The notes under the pieces: model-generated
Seen by the model: only the letters and a program-made list of their open reading frames with translations
Database searches by the model: none
Told to the model about the DNA's origin: nothing
Part shown: one piece after another, positions 1-9,758 of the stretch
How the letters are laid out: the number at the start of each line of letters is the position of its first letter
Position numbering within the stretch: position 1 is the first letter of the stretch
From: an uncultured Acidobacteriota bacterium
Lineage (GTDB): Bacteria; Acidobacteriota; Vicinamibacteria; Vicinamibacterales; UBA8438
Assembly (NCBI GenBank): GCA_913043225.1
Contig: CAJWLU010000003.1
Coordinates: 41,143-105,142 of the forward strand
Direction of reading: 5' to 3'
DNA: 64,000 nt
Translations under genes and position numbers: made by a program

Positions 1-373
1 CCGCATCATCCCGACGACGCCGACGCCGAGGCCCGGTCCGGATGTGACGGCGTATCGGGGGTACTCCCGGGGGCGCTGGGAGGGTGACACCCTGGTGGTG
101 GAGATCACCAACTTCAACGAGGGGGGGTCGTATCGTGGTTCCAGCCCGGATCTGGTCATGACCGAGCGCTACACTCGCACCAGCCCAGACACGCTGCAGT
201 ATGCGTTCACGATGGACGACCCGTCGGTGTGGACGCAGCCCTGGACCGCCACCTTCACCTTCGTCCGTGACGAGACCCAGTACGAGCTGGTCGAGTATGC
301 GTGCCACGAGGGCAACTACGGCATGCCCAACATCCTGAGTGGCGCGCGGGCACGCGAGGCCGACGGTCAGTAG
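1..373 (+). CDS. Partial (5'-truncated) member of the unnamed secreted EYACHEGNY family
   Basis: The frame is open from base 2 (RIIPTTP...). Motifs SRGRWEGDTLVVE, ERYTR and EYACHEGNY are shared with four other genes here. TAG at 371-373. Confidence 0.85.
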   Translation, partial: RIIPTTPTPRPGPDVTAYRGYSRGRWEGDTLVVEITNFNEGGSYRGSSPDLVMTERYTRTSPDTLQYAFTMDDPSVWTQPWTATFTFVRDETQYELVEYACHEGNYGMPNILSGARAREADGQ

Positions 374-396
374 GCAGATCCGGAAAGGAAATCCAG

Positions 397-2121
397 ATGG
401 TGTTTCGACGTCCGAGTCTTGCGCTGGTAGCCGGCGCGCTGTTTCTCTCGCCCCTTGCGGCTGACGCTGCCGACTACCACCACGTGCATATCACCTCGTC
501 GGACGCCACCGAGGCGGTGCGCTGGTATTCGCGTCACCTCGACTGCCAGCCCCTGTCGGACCGTGACGACTCGGTCGACTGCCAGGGCGTGCAGGTCACC
601 TTTGATTCGCAGCCATCGCTCGGGAGCAGCCAGCGGACCGGCATCGATCGTCTCTCGTTCTCCTACGCGGATCTCACCGCGAAGATGGGCGAGATCGAGT
701 CGGTGGGGGTCGGCGGGGCCGGCGTCCGGTTGCAGCGGTTCCCGGACGGATCCACGCTGCAGGATCAGCCCGGGCTCTACAAGCATGGGTTCATCTTCGA
801 CCCGTGGGGCACCCGGATCGAGCTGGTCGAGGACAGCGACAGGATCGGGTTCCATTCCATCCATCTCAGCGCCACCGACCCCGCGGCGACACTGGCCTGG
901 TACGAGGAGCACTTCGGCGGTGAGGCCGCGCAGCTCCGAGGGCAGATCGACGGTCTGCGGTTCGGCGACATCTGGCTCTTCGCGTTGCGGCACGAGGACG
1001 GGGTGCCGGCGGCCACGACCGGTCGAGCCATCGACCACATCGCGTTCGAGCTCGAGGACGTCGACCGCGACAGTGTTCAGCTGGCCCAGGCCGGCGTCTC
1101 GTTCACCCAGCAGCCGGCGGTGCCGGAAGGTGGTCGCACCGGGGCCCGGCGCGGGTTCGTCGCGGCGCCCGACAATGTCAGCGTCGCGGTGGTCGAGGCC
1201 GGTTTCGCCGGGGTGGCCCGCTCGATGGACGACGTGGTCGACATCACGACCCAGCAGCGGGACTACACCGTGCCTCGCACCCCGTGGGGAGAGCCCGACT
1301 TCCAGGGGGTCTGGACCGGCGACGCCGCCCACGGGATTCCGATGGAGCGCCCCCGGGACCTCACCGACACCGAGGTGCTGACGCCCGAGCAGGCGGCGGC
1401 GCGTCGCGAACGGGGCACGCTCGGCAGCATCTGGGGCTACGAGTCGGAGTGGCGCGATACGACCCTCGGCTACGTCAAGTCCGCGCCGTCACAGCAGGTG
1501 GCGATGGTGATCGATCCGCCGGATGGGCGGATCCCCGATTTCACGCCAGAGGCTCAGGCCCGTCTGGCAAACCGGGTCGACACGTCCGGCGTGCGCCGGC
1601 TCGCGGCTGGTCCCGAGGATCTGAGCCCCTGGGTGCGCTGCATCACTAGGACCCTGATCCCGACCCCGCAGGTCTACAACAACGGTATGCAGATCGTGCA
1701 GGGGCCGGGCTACGTGGCCGTCCAGCGCGAGATGATTCACGAGACCCGGGTCATCCCCACCGAGCCGAAGCCGCACGTGGGCGAGTCGATCACCTCCTGG
1801 CTGGGCGATGCTCGCGGGCACTGGGACGGCGATACGCTGGTGGTGGAGATCAAGAACCTCAACGGCCGGGTGCCGTTCCGTGGGACCACCGACGCGCTCA
1901 CGCTCACCGAGCGTTACACGCGCACCGGACCAGATACGCTGCAGTATCAGTTCACCATCGACGATCCGGAAGCGTTTACCCGCCCCTGGACCGGGATGTT
2001 CACCTACGTGCGTGACGAGACGCAGTACGAGCTCGTGGAGTACGCCTGTCACGAGGGGAACTACGGGATGCCGAACATTCTGACCGGTGCTCGCGCTCGA
2101 GAGCAGGAAGAAGGCCGTTAG
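397..2121 (+). CDS. Secreted fusion of tandem VOC/glyoxalase domains and an EYACHEGNY-family domain
   Basis: ATG 397 follows GGAAAGGA; signal peptide ends ...LAADA. VOC motifs YHHVHI, FDPWGTRIELVE, FHSIHL and IDHIAF. The C-terminal half has RTPWGEPDFQGVW, IDPPDGRIP, VRC and EYACHEGNY. Confidence 0.85.
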   Translation: MVFRRPSLALVAGALFLSPLAADAADYHHVHITSSDATEAVRWYSRHLDCQPLSDRDDSVDCQGVQVTFDSQPSLGSSQRTGIDRLSFSYADLTAKMGEIESVGVGGAGVRLQRFPDGSTLQDQPGLYKHGFIFDPWGTRIELVEDSDRIGFHSIHLSATDPAATLAWYEEHFGGEAAQLRGQIDGLRFGDIWLFALRHEDGVPAATTGRAIDHIAFELEDVDRDSVQLAQAGVSFTQQPAVPEGGRTGARRGFVAAPDNVSVAVVEAGFAGVARSMDDVVDITTQQRDYTVPRTPWGEPDFQGVWTGDAAHGIPMERPRDLTDTEVLTPEQAAARRERGTLGSIWGYESEWRDTTLGYVKSAPSQQVAMVIDPPDGRIPDFTPEAQARLANRVDTSGVRRLAAGPEDLSPWVRCITRTLIPTPQVYNNGMQIVQGPGYVAVQREMIHETRVIPTEPKPHVGESITSWLGDARGHWDGDTLVVEIKNLNGRVPFRGTTDALTLTERYTRTGPDTLQYQFTIDDPEAFTRPWTGMFTYVRDETQYELVEYACHEGNYGMPNILTGARAREQEEGR

Positions 2122-2212
2122 CGTCCCGCCGAACGGGGTTGGGTCAAGACTGTGGCCGGACCGGCCACGAGCGCCACCGCCGCGAGTTGGTGCGAGGCTG
2201 CCACGCTGCTGG

Positions 2213-3961
2213 TTACCCCTCGGGCAGGGCAAAGATGAACAGGTTGTTGCCGATGCTTGGTCGGTGGTCAGGGTTCAGCCGGGCCAGTACACCGGTGTTT
2301 AGCGAGCGGCCGGTGCTGACCGCCACATACTGCTGGCCCTCGATGGCGTAGGTCACCGGAAACCCGGTCACTGGCGATCCGATGTTGATCTCCCAGAGCA
2401 GTTCTCCGGTGTCCTGGTCGATAGCCTTGAAGCGGCCATTCGAGTCGCCGAAGAACAGCAGGTGCCCGCCGGTGGCGACCACCGACATCGTGAAGGCCTC
2501 CTGATCGTGGCTCCAGGTGACCTCGCCGGTCTCCACCGAGATCGCCTCAATGGTGCCGAGTTGCTGTTCGCCAGGCGTGATCTGCGCCCGGACGTTTAGT
2601 GAGTACCAGCCGTTTCCGGAGTCGACCATGACCCGGCCACAGGTATGGCGGAGCGGCATGTACATGTGGTTCGTGAGGGGGCTATAGGCGCCTGCCTCCC
2701 AGTCCTTGCCGCCTTGCCAGATGGGGCACGCCATGACCTCTTGGCCGTTTCCCGTGAAGACCACCTCGGAGTTTTCGGTCACCGCACCGGTCGCTCCGTC
2801 GATATGACTTACCACGTTCTGGCTGACCGACGGGGTTGCCCAGAGAAACTCGCCTGTCTCGCGATCGAGCGTGTAGATGATCCCGGTCTTGCCCGGGATG
2901 CCGGTGACCACCCGCCGGCGCTCCCCTGACTCCAGTCGCGGGTTGATCCAGGCGACTGCCTCCGGGTTCGGCGCCACCGCGGTGTCGACCAGGATCCGTT
3001 CGAACGGGTGATCCAGATCCCAGTGGTCGTTTAAGTGTTGGTAGTACCAGCGGATCTCGCCGGTGGTCCCGTCGAGCGCGAGTGTGGAGTTGTGGTACAG
3101 GTGCGTGTTAGTGACGCCGCCCACCAGGAACTTTGGCGCGGGCGAGGTTACTGACGTGCCGATGTAGACGAGGTCCAGTTCGGGGTCGTAGCTCGGCACC
3201 ATCCAGGCGCCCACGTGCTTGCGCTCCTCGTAGGGCAGCCCTCCCCAGGTCTCGTCGCCAGGTTCCCCTGGGCGGGGGATGGTCCGGCGGCGCCACAGCT
3301 CCTCTCCAGTGCGCGCGTTGTGGGCGGTAATGACGCAGGCGTCTGGGCCAGAGTCCGGCATACAGCCCCGGCCAGAGTAGATCCTGCCATTGCCGATGAT
3401 CGGACCGGATGACTGGTGGGCCGGTAGTTCCCGATAGTCGAGGATCTGAGTCTCCCACACTAGTTCCCCGGACGAGGCGTCGAGCGCGAACACGTAGTCG
3501 TCGGCGCTGGTGTCGATGATGAGGCCTTCGTAGATTGCCAGGTTGCGGTTGATCCTGGAGAGCATGGGGATGATGTAGTCGTCCAGATCGTCCGGCAGGT
3601 TCCGACGATACTCCCAGACGAGGTCGCCGGTGGCGGCGTCCAGTGCCTGGATGACGTCGCCCGGATTCGGCATGTACATCATGCCGTCGTAGACCAGCGG
3701 AGTGCCCTGGTTGCTGCCGTCGTTTAGCGCCCGGGTCCACACCATGCGCAGTTGGTCGACATTGCTCCGGTCGATCGTGTCGAGCGGGCTGTAGCCCCAG
3801 CCATTCAGGGTGCGCCGCCACATCGGCCAGTCTTCGGGCGCCGGGTTTTGCAGCATGGCGTCGGTCACCGGGACGAAGTCGGCCGGCTGGGCTGCGGCTG
3901 GGCCGGCCAGGACGGTCGTCACCAACAGGAGTGCGGCGGTCGCGCTACGGGTATGGGGCAT
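2213..3961 (-). CDS. Periplasmic PQQ-dependent dehydrogenase (alcohol dehydrogenase-like beta-propeller)
   Basis: Start reassigned to ATG 3961 (MPHTRS..., signal ending AAAQ). DWPMWRR..GYSPLDTI, GTPLVYDG, repeated ALDAATGDLVW Trp-docking motifs, DHWDLD, and C-terminal PVTYAIEGQQYVAV. Confidence 0.9.
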   Translation of the reverse strand: MPHTRSATAALLLVTTVLAGPAAAQPADFVPVTDAMLQNPAPEDWPMWRRTLNGWGYSPLDTIDRSNVDQLRMVWTRALNDGSNQGTPLVYDGMMYMPNPGDVIQALDAATGDLVWEYRRNLPDDLDDYIIPMLSRINRNLAIYEGLIIDTSADDYVFALDASSGELVWETQILDYRELPAHQSSGPIIGNGRIYSGRGCMPDSGPDACVITAHNARTGEELWRRRTIPRPGEPGDETWGGLPYEERKHVGAWMVPSYDPELDLVYIGTSVTSPAPKFLVGGVTNTHLYHNSTLALDGTTGEIRWYYQHLNDHWDLDHPFERILVDTAVAPNPEAVAWINPRLESGERRRVVTGIPGKTGIIYTLDRETGEFLWATPSVSQNVVSHIDGATGAVTENSEVVFTGNGQEVMACPIWQGGKDWEAGAYSPLTNHMYMPLRHTCGRVMVDSGNGWYSLNVRAQITPGEQQLGTIEAISVETGEVTWSHDQEAFTMSVVATGGHLLFFGDSNGRFKAIDQDTGELLWEINIGSPVTGFPVTYAIEGQQYVAVSTGRSLNTGVLARLNPDHRPSIGNNLFIFALPEG

Positions 3962-3981
3962 TTCGACTCTGCCAGGTTGGG

Positions 3982-4992
3982 TTAGTTCGAAGCGCGACGA
4001 CGCCCAGACGGACGCTGTCCAAGTGCCCGTTGCATCACTTCGTACTGCACTCCGATGATTCGGCCGATCGACTGGATCCAGTAGTCGGCGTCGTGACGGC
4101 CAGCCATCTGCATATAGTCGAACGGGATGTCGCGTTCCATCAAGATGCCGGCTAGCTCTCGCGCGCCGCTGATGAGGCGGTCTTCGGTGCCACAATCTAG
4201 GTAGATGTGAGGCAGTGCCTCCTGCGGCACCTGATCGATCAGGGTGAACGGGTCGTAGGCGTCGGCGTCCTCGGCGGTCACGAACTCGGTTCCCTCCGGG
4301 GTCCGTTCCACCTGGCTACTGAAGCCGTCGATGCCGATGAGCGGGTTCGGTTGTTGCCGCCGCCGTTCGCGTTCGGCCCGCTGTGCTTCGGTTAACTGCC
4401 GTCTCGGCTGGCGGGGTGGCTCCTCTCCACGCATCCGTCTTGAAACCTGCCGCGCATGCTCCAGCGCGCCGCTGGTGCTCCCGATGGAGATGAAGAGCTC
4501 AGGGTTGCGCAGACCCAAGCTTATCGAGCCGTAGCCGCCCATGGAGAGTCCTGCGATCGCCCGACCCTCTCGTCTGGCGATCGTCCGGAAGTTCCAGTCC
4601 ACGTGGCTCACCACATCCACCACGATGTGGTCTTCCCAGTTGTTGGTCTGGCCACCGGTGCTTTCGGCCCAGTTGGCGTACCACGAGTTCCCGCCGTCGG
4701 GCATCACCACGATGAGGTCGTCGTAGAGGCTGGCGTAGAACGGCGTGCCGTTGGCGAGTCCCCAGGCGGTGTAGTTCTGGGTCAGCCCGTGCAGGAGATA
4801 CAGCACCGGATACCGTTCGGTCGACGCCGCATAGTCGCTGGGTAGCAGGATGTTGTATTTCATGTCGCGGTCGACGGCCGGGCTGTAGAACTCGACCGTC
4901 AGTAACTCCGGTGTCTGGGCCGTGGCTGGCTGACCCAGCCCCACCAGGACAACCGCCGTCACCGTTGTTACGAGCGCTCTCTTCAGAGTCAT
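3982..4992 (-). CDS. Secreted alpha/beta-hydrolase esterase (S-formylglutathione hydrolase/tributyrin esterase-like)
   Basis: YPVLYLLHG, nucleophile elbow GLSMGG, DCGTED and GRHD give a Ser-Asp-His triad. Signal peptide ends ATAQ; AGGAG RBS. Confidence 0.85.
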   Translation of the reverse strand: MTLKRALVTTVTAVVLVGLGQPATAQTPELLTVEFYSPAVDRDMKYNILLPSDYAASTERYPVLYLLHGLTQNYTAWGLANGTPFYASLYDDLIVVMPDGGNSWYANWAESTGGQTNNWEDHIVVDVVSHVDWNFRTIARREGRAIAGLSMGGYGSISLGLRNPELFISIGSTSGALEHARQVSRRMRGEEPPRQPRRQLTEAQRAERERRRQQPNPLIGIDGFSSQVERTPEGTEFVTAEDADAYDPFTLIDQVPQEALPHIYLDCGTEDRLISGARELAGILMERDIPFDYMQMAGRHDADYWIQSIGRIIGVQYEVMQRALGQRPSGRRRASN

Positions 4993-5059
4993 GTATTCTC
5001 CTGCCGGTTGCTGTCGCGTTCGCCCTTCATCTTAATCCCGTCAGTCCGAGGTGCATCCG

Positions 5060-6370
5060 TCAATAGGGGAGGCCGGTGCGCCAGTCACCAATCGCCAGCT
5101 CCCGGCTCGCGAACTGGTAGATCACGAGCCGTTTGCCGGCCAGACGGTCTCGTCCCTGCTGCCGCTGAGCGGCCAGTAGCTGACGCGTGGCGTAGCTTCC
5201 GGCGTCGTTCTGACGCAGCGCATCGAGGGGACGACCCAGGCGTAGGCTCAGCTGTTCGGTTAGACCCGCCGCGGTACCCCAACCAAGCGCCTCCAGTGAG
5301 TAGATGTTGGCGAAGCTATCCCCAAGTAACAGGATCTCGGCGGTGGGATCAGGTTGCCACCCCTGCCCTTCCGGATCCAGTACCTGCGTCAGCGTCACCC
5401 GTTCGGCCGCTCGGTCCGCTTGTGCCTGAGGCAGGTTCAGGAGCGCCAGCGTGTCGCCCTGGTTCCTTGCCTGGCGGGTGGCGGTCGAGTAGGTGCGTGG
5501 CGCTCCAGCCCAGTCGAGGTCGAGCGACTCGATGTGGTCTGCGAGTAGGTCACTGGCCAGGTCGACGCCGGCTGGGGTCCAGTGGGTATCGCTTCGAAGA
5601 TACAGTGGGACGTCGTCGATCTGACGTGCCTGCCAAAAGTCCGCCGTCAGATCGACGATGTCGATGCCCTCCGCGCGCACCGCGTCCAACCAGGCCGCCT
5701 GCGAGGTGTTGCGCATCGGTTCCACGGCGTTCTCTGCCCGCCGTACGTAGCGGTCGGGATAGATGGTGGGTTTGAGGGGCACCGGGACCACGACCAGCGC
5801 GATCCCGCGTGCCTGCAAAGCGTCGCGCAGCTCGATGAGTGCAGCCCGGGGATCTGGCTCGACGTCGGGGTCCGCCAGGAGACGGGCGGCCAGGCGTTCC
5901 GGTTCGAGAAACCCTGGCCCCGTCACATACTCCACGTCCGGGCGGTAGAACAGCCAGCCACCCCGGCCCGGATAGACAGACTCGGTCGAGCCACCCAGCC
6001 AGCTGGTGACGACCAGATTCACCATAGGCACCAGTGCGTCGATCAGCGGCGATCGTTCTTCCAGCGACGTTTCGTAGTCGGCGATGTTGACGCCGACACG
6101 CTCGTTGGCTAGCGCCAGCGCGTCGATCCAGCCGTCGACGGCGGCGACCGACGAGATCTCGTCCCAGACCGGGGGGAGGGTGCGCGGATCGAGCACGCTG
6201 GGCCAACGTCCGGGATCGGCCCGCAAGTCCGCGATGGTGTGCCAGCCGAGCGTCCCAACCAGGAAAACGAGCGCGCCGGCCGTCAAGAGACGACTGACCG
6301 GGGCCGTTACCACGGTCTGGCCCACCTCGTTGCGCGCCTGGCGTTCCCGTTCCTCGGGTGTGGTCAGCAT
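5060..6370 (-). CDS. algJ: AlgJ/AlgX-like SGNH O-acetyltransferase
   Basis: GRGGWLFY, VPVPLKPTIYP, LYLRSDTHWTPAG and LLLGDSF motifs; N-terminal TM helix; immediately downstream of an AlgI-like MBOAT. Confidence 0.8.
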   Translation of the reverse strand: MLTTPEERERQARNEVGQTVVTAPVSRLLTAGALVFLVGTLGWHTIADLRADPGRWPSVLDPRTLPPVWDEISSVAAVDGWIDALALANERVGVNIADYETSLEERSPLIDALVPMVNLVVTSWLGGSTESVYPGRGGWLFYRPDVEYVTGPGFLEPERLAARLLADPDVEPDPRAALIELRDALQARGIALVVVPVPLKPTIYPDRYVRRAENAVEPMRNTSQAAWLDAVRAEGIDIVDLTADFWQARQIDDVPLYLRSDTHWTPAGVDLASDLLADHIESLDLDWAGAPRTYSTATRQARNQGDTLALLNLPQAQADRAAERVTLTQVLDPEGQGWQPDPTAEILLLGDSFANIYSLEALGWGTAAGLTEQLSLRLGRPLDALRQNDAGSYATRQLLAAQRQQGRDRLAGKRLVIYQFASRELAIGDWRTGLPY

Positions 6371-6372
6371 GG

Positions 6373-7785
6373 TCAGAAGATGAAGTAGATGAACGGGTTG
6401 AATGTCTGGCTAGCCATCAGGCTCACTGAGATGCCGAGCAGCACTAGGCACCACGCGGCCCTGAGGGGGGTCAGGGTGCGGGTGAAGTTCCAGGTCTGCG
6501 GCGCTGTCCACACCACCAGCGCGGCGACGACCAGGGTCAGCGCGTAGTAGGGCTGATACAGAAGTCCGCCTACCAGCGCCGACTCGGGTGGGGTCGGGGC
6601 CAAGCCGACGAGCGCGGCCAGGTAGCCAAGCGCCACAGCGAGCGTCGGCGCACGGAAGAACACCCACGCCAGACAGACGATGGCGAACGTGACCGCCGTG
6701 GCGGCGGTGGCCGGCAGACGGCGATACAGGCTGGTCTTGCCGCGGCTCCGCTCGAACGCCAGCATGGCGCCGTGGATGCCGCCCCAGATGATGAAGTTCC
6801 AGGAGGCGCCATGCCAGAGACCGCCCAGCAGCATCACGGTCATGAGGTTCACGTAGGTGCGGAGCCGGCCCTTGCGGTTTCCGCCGAGCGGCAGATAGAG
6901 GTAGTCCCGCAGGAAGAACGAGAGTGACAGGTGCCAGCGCTGCCAGAACTCGGTGATCGACCGGGCCCGATACGGAGAGTCGAAGTTCTTCGGAAACACG
7001 AAGCCCAGCATCAGACCGAGCCCGACCGCCATGTCGCTGTAGCCGCTGAAATCGAAGTAGATCTGGAACGCATACGCCACCAAGCCGTACCAGGCGTCGA
7101 TGACATGCAGTGCGCCCGCTTCGAAGCAGGTGTCGGCGATCTTGCCAGCCGGGTTCGCCAGCATGACCTTCTTCGCCATGCCGCAGGCAACGAACGACAC
7201 GCCACGCGCGAACTTGGCTACGGTGTGTTCCCGGCTGCGAAGCTGGTCGGACACCTCGCGGAACCTGACAATCGGACCGGCGACCAGCTGTGGGAACAGC
7301 GCCACGTAACAGGCGAAATCGATGATGTTCGAGAGCGGGCGCGCCTGACCGCGGTAGATGTCGATGGTGTAGCTCATCGACTGGAAGGTGTAGAAGCTGA
7401 TGCCGAGCGGCAGCGTGACGCGAAAGAAGGTCTCCCACTGCAGGTGGTCGGCGCCCAACGCGCTCACCAGCACGTTGTAGTTCTCCAGTCCGAAGTTGAA
7501 GTACTTGAAGAATCCGAGCAGACCCAGGTTCGTGACGATGGAGACGGTCAGGGCGGCGCGGTGTCGTCGGGTGCGCGGCCCTGGTTCGCCCACCACTAGT
7601 CCGCAACCGTAGTCGACGAGCGTGCTGAAGAGCATGAGCAGCACGAACGCCGGGTTCCACCAGCCGTAGAAGACGTAGCTGAGCGACGCGAGCAGTAGGT
7701 GGCGTAGCCGCTGTGGCGCGAGGTAGTAGGCAGCCAGCGTGAGCGGCAGGAAGACGAAAACGAAGATGTATGAGGAGAAGACCAC
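6373..7785 (-). CDS. algI: MBOAT O-acyltransferase, AlgI/PatA/DltB-like
   Basis: MVFSSYIF start, LPLGISFYTFQ, FPQLVAGPIVR, YFDFSGYSDMA, FWQRWH, GLWHGA (catalytic His) and C-terminal NPFIYFIF. Confidence 0.92.
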   Translation of the reverse strand: MVFSSYIFVFVFLPLTLAAYYLAPQRLRHLLLASLSYVFYGWWNPAFVLLMLFSTLVDYGCGLVVGEPGPRTRRHRAALTVSIVTNLGLLGFFKYFNFGLENYNVLVSALGADHLQWETFFRVTLPLGISFYTFQSMSYTIDIYRGQARPLSNIIDFACYVALFPQLVAGPIVRFREVSDQLRSREHTVAKFARGVSFVACGMAKKVMLANPAGKIADTCFEAGALHVIDAWYGLVAYAFQIYFDFSGYSDMAVGLGLMLGFVFPKNFDSPYRARSITEFWQRWHLSLSFFLRDYLYLPLGGNRKGRLRTYVNLMTVMLLGGLWHGASWNFIIWGGIHGAMLAFERSRGKTSLYRRLPATAATAVTFAIVCLAWVFFRAPTLAVALGYLAALVGLAPTPPESALVGGLLYQPYYALTLVVAALVVWTAPQTWNFTRTLTPLRAAWCLVLLGISVSLMASQTFNPFIYFIF

Positions 7786-7844
7786 CGCGGTTGCCGGGGG
7801 ACCAGCCCATCATAGCGCGGAAGCCGGTGCGCACCGTCACGCCA

Positions 7845-7850
7845 TATAAT
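7845..7850 (+). promoter_or_regulatory. Perfect -10 box TATAAT upstream of the PQQ lipoprotein gene
   Basis: TATAAT in the short divergent spacer 7786-7886, followed by a GGGAGG RBS and GTG 7887. No clear -35. Confidence 0.5.
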
Positions 7851-7886
7851 GCGGGCCTCGACGCGATATCTGACGGGAGGTTCTCC

Positions 7887-9758
7887 GTGACACGTGCGCA
7901 CACCAATCCTGGCGGCCTGTTCATCGCCGTATTGTCGTGGCTCTGGCTCGCTGGGTGTGGCTCGCCAGGCCCTGGCGATACGGTCGGGGACGACGCGGCT
8001 CCTCCAACGGCTGCCGTCAGCGGCGACTGGCCCATGTATCGCTACGATCTCGCGGCGACCGGGTATTCGCCGCTTGGCGAGATCACCGTAGCGAACGTGT
8101 CCACGCTGACCGAGGCCTGGACCCATTCGCTGACGCCCGTTGATCCGGAGGCACGCGGACCGAACTCGCAGATGACGCCGATCGTGGTCGACGGGGTCCT
8201 CTATGGGACCGCGGCCGACCGGGTGGTGGCGCTTGATCCCGCCACGGGCGCCGAGTTGTGGAGACACGCGGTGGACGGGGCTCGTCCCTCGCGTCGCGGG
8301 GTTTCGTACTGGCCAGGTGGTGCCGGCCTCAAGCCTCGCATCATCTTTACCACGGGGCTCCATCTACGCGCCGTCGATGCCGCCACGGGCACTCCCGTCG
8401 AGGCGTTCGGCGCCGCCGGGCTGGTCGAGCTTGGCGTGCCCTACAACTCGGTGCCGATGGTGGCGGGCAACGTCGTCGTGGTTGGAGCCAACACCCCACC
8501 AGGGAGCATTGGTGGCATCGGGAATGCCCGGGCCTACGACGCTCGAACCGGGGAGAGGTTGTGGGAGTTCTCTTCGGTCGCACAGCCAGGCGAGCCTGGT
8601 CACGATACGTGGGAGGGAGATAGCTGGCAGGACCGGTTGGGCGCGAACGCCTGGCCGTTCTACTTTTCGATGGACGAGGAGCGGGGGCTGGTCTATCTCC
8701 CGCTGGCATCGCCGATTCCTGGTGACTATGGCGGCGACCGGTCCGGCGACAATCTCTACGGCAACTCGGTGGTGGCAGTCGACGCCGAGACCGGCGCGTA
8801 TCGTTGGCACTTCCAGACCATCAGACACGATCTTTGGGACGCCGACCCGCCGGCGCCGCCCGCGCTGTTCGACATCGGTGAGGTCCCAGCTCTAGGCGTG
8901 ACCACCAAGTCGGGCTACCTGTACATCCTCAACCGGGAAACTGGCGAACCGATCTACGGGGTCGAGGACATCGACGTGGCCCCGAGTGATGTTCCAGGCG
9001 AGGAGACCGCGGACACCCAGCCGGTGCCGCTGCGGCCCACCGGCCTGTCGCGATTGACCTACGACTCGGCGGACCTCGTCACCGCGGAGATGACATCGGC
9101 CGAGCACGCGGCGGCCTGTGGGGAACTGGTGGGTTCGCTTGGTGAGATCTTCAACGCCGGACCGTTCACGCCCTGGGTCTATCGGGCCCCGGGTTCGCCG
9201 CTTCGCACGACGCTGTCGTTCCCGGGGCAGGTAGGCGGCGCTAACTGGGGCGGTGTGACCGTGGACCGCGAGACCGGCTATCTCCTCGTGACGACCCAGG
9301 ACATGGGCGCGCTCGGCTTCGTCGAGGACGCGCCAGACGATCACCCGTTGGCCTATCGTCGCGGAACGATGCGACCCGGGAGCTTCACCGTTCGACTCGA
9401 TGACACCACGCTGCCGTGCCAGGCGCCACCCTGGGGACGATTGACCGCGGTGGACGCGGCGACCGGCGACATCGCCTGGCAGGAGACGCTGGGGGTGACC
9501 GACTCGTTGCCGGACGGGAAGCAGGCGACAGGGCGGCTGATACGCGCCGGGGCCATCACGACCGCCGGCGGACTCGCGTTCGTGGCCGGTACCGACGACA
9601 ACCGGCTGCGCGCCTTCGAGACCGCGACCGGGCGTGAGGTGTGGACCGAGCGGTTGTCCGGGTTCGGCAACGCCAATCCGATGACGTATGCCGTCGACGG
9701 GAAGCAGTACGTGGCGGTGGCGGCGAACGATACACTCGTTGCCTACGCGCTGCCCTGA
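7887..9758 (+). CDS. PQQ-dependent dehydrogenase, glucose/quinate dehydrogenase-like, lipoprotein
   Basis: GTG 7887 after GGGAGG; lipobox [51 protein letters not shown] and [15 protein letters not shown]. Confidence 0.9.
   Translation: MTRAHTNPGGLFIAVLSWLWLAGCGSPGPGDTVGDDAAPPTAAVSGDWPMYRYDLAATGYSPLGEITVANVSTLTEAWTHSLTPVDPEARGPNSQMTPIVVDGVLYGTAADRVVALDPATGAELWRHAVDGARPSRRGVSYWPGGAGLKPRIIFTTGLHLRAVDAATGTPVEAFGAAGLVELGVPYNSVPMVAGNVVVVGANTPPGSIGGIGNARAYDARTGERLWEFSSVAQPGEPGHDTWEGDSWQDRLGANAWPFYFSMDEERGLVYLPLASPIPGDYGGDRSGDNLYGNSVVAVDAETGAYRWHFQTIRHDLWDADPPAPPALFDIGEVPALGVTTKSGYLYILNRETGEPIYGVEDIDVAPSDVPGEETADTQPVPLRPTGLSRLTYDSADLVTAEMTSAEHAAACGELVGSLGEIFNAGPFTPWVYRAPGSPLRTTLSFPGQVGGANWGGVTVDRETGYLLVTTQDMGALGFVEDAPDDHPLAYRRGTMRPGSFTVRLDDTTLPCQAPPWGRLTAVDAATGDIAWQETLGVTDSLPDGKQATGRLIRAGAITTAGGLAFVAGTDDNRLRAFETATGREVWTERLSGFGNANPMTYAVDGKQYVAVAANDTLVAYALP

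Noticed and set aside
8830-8850. WDAD in the PQQ lipoprotein as proof of lanthanide dependence
   Set aside because: WDxD is also normal in Ca/Mg-dependent membrane glucose dehydrogenases, so it is not diagnostic outside the XoxF/ExaF clades.
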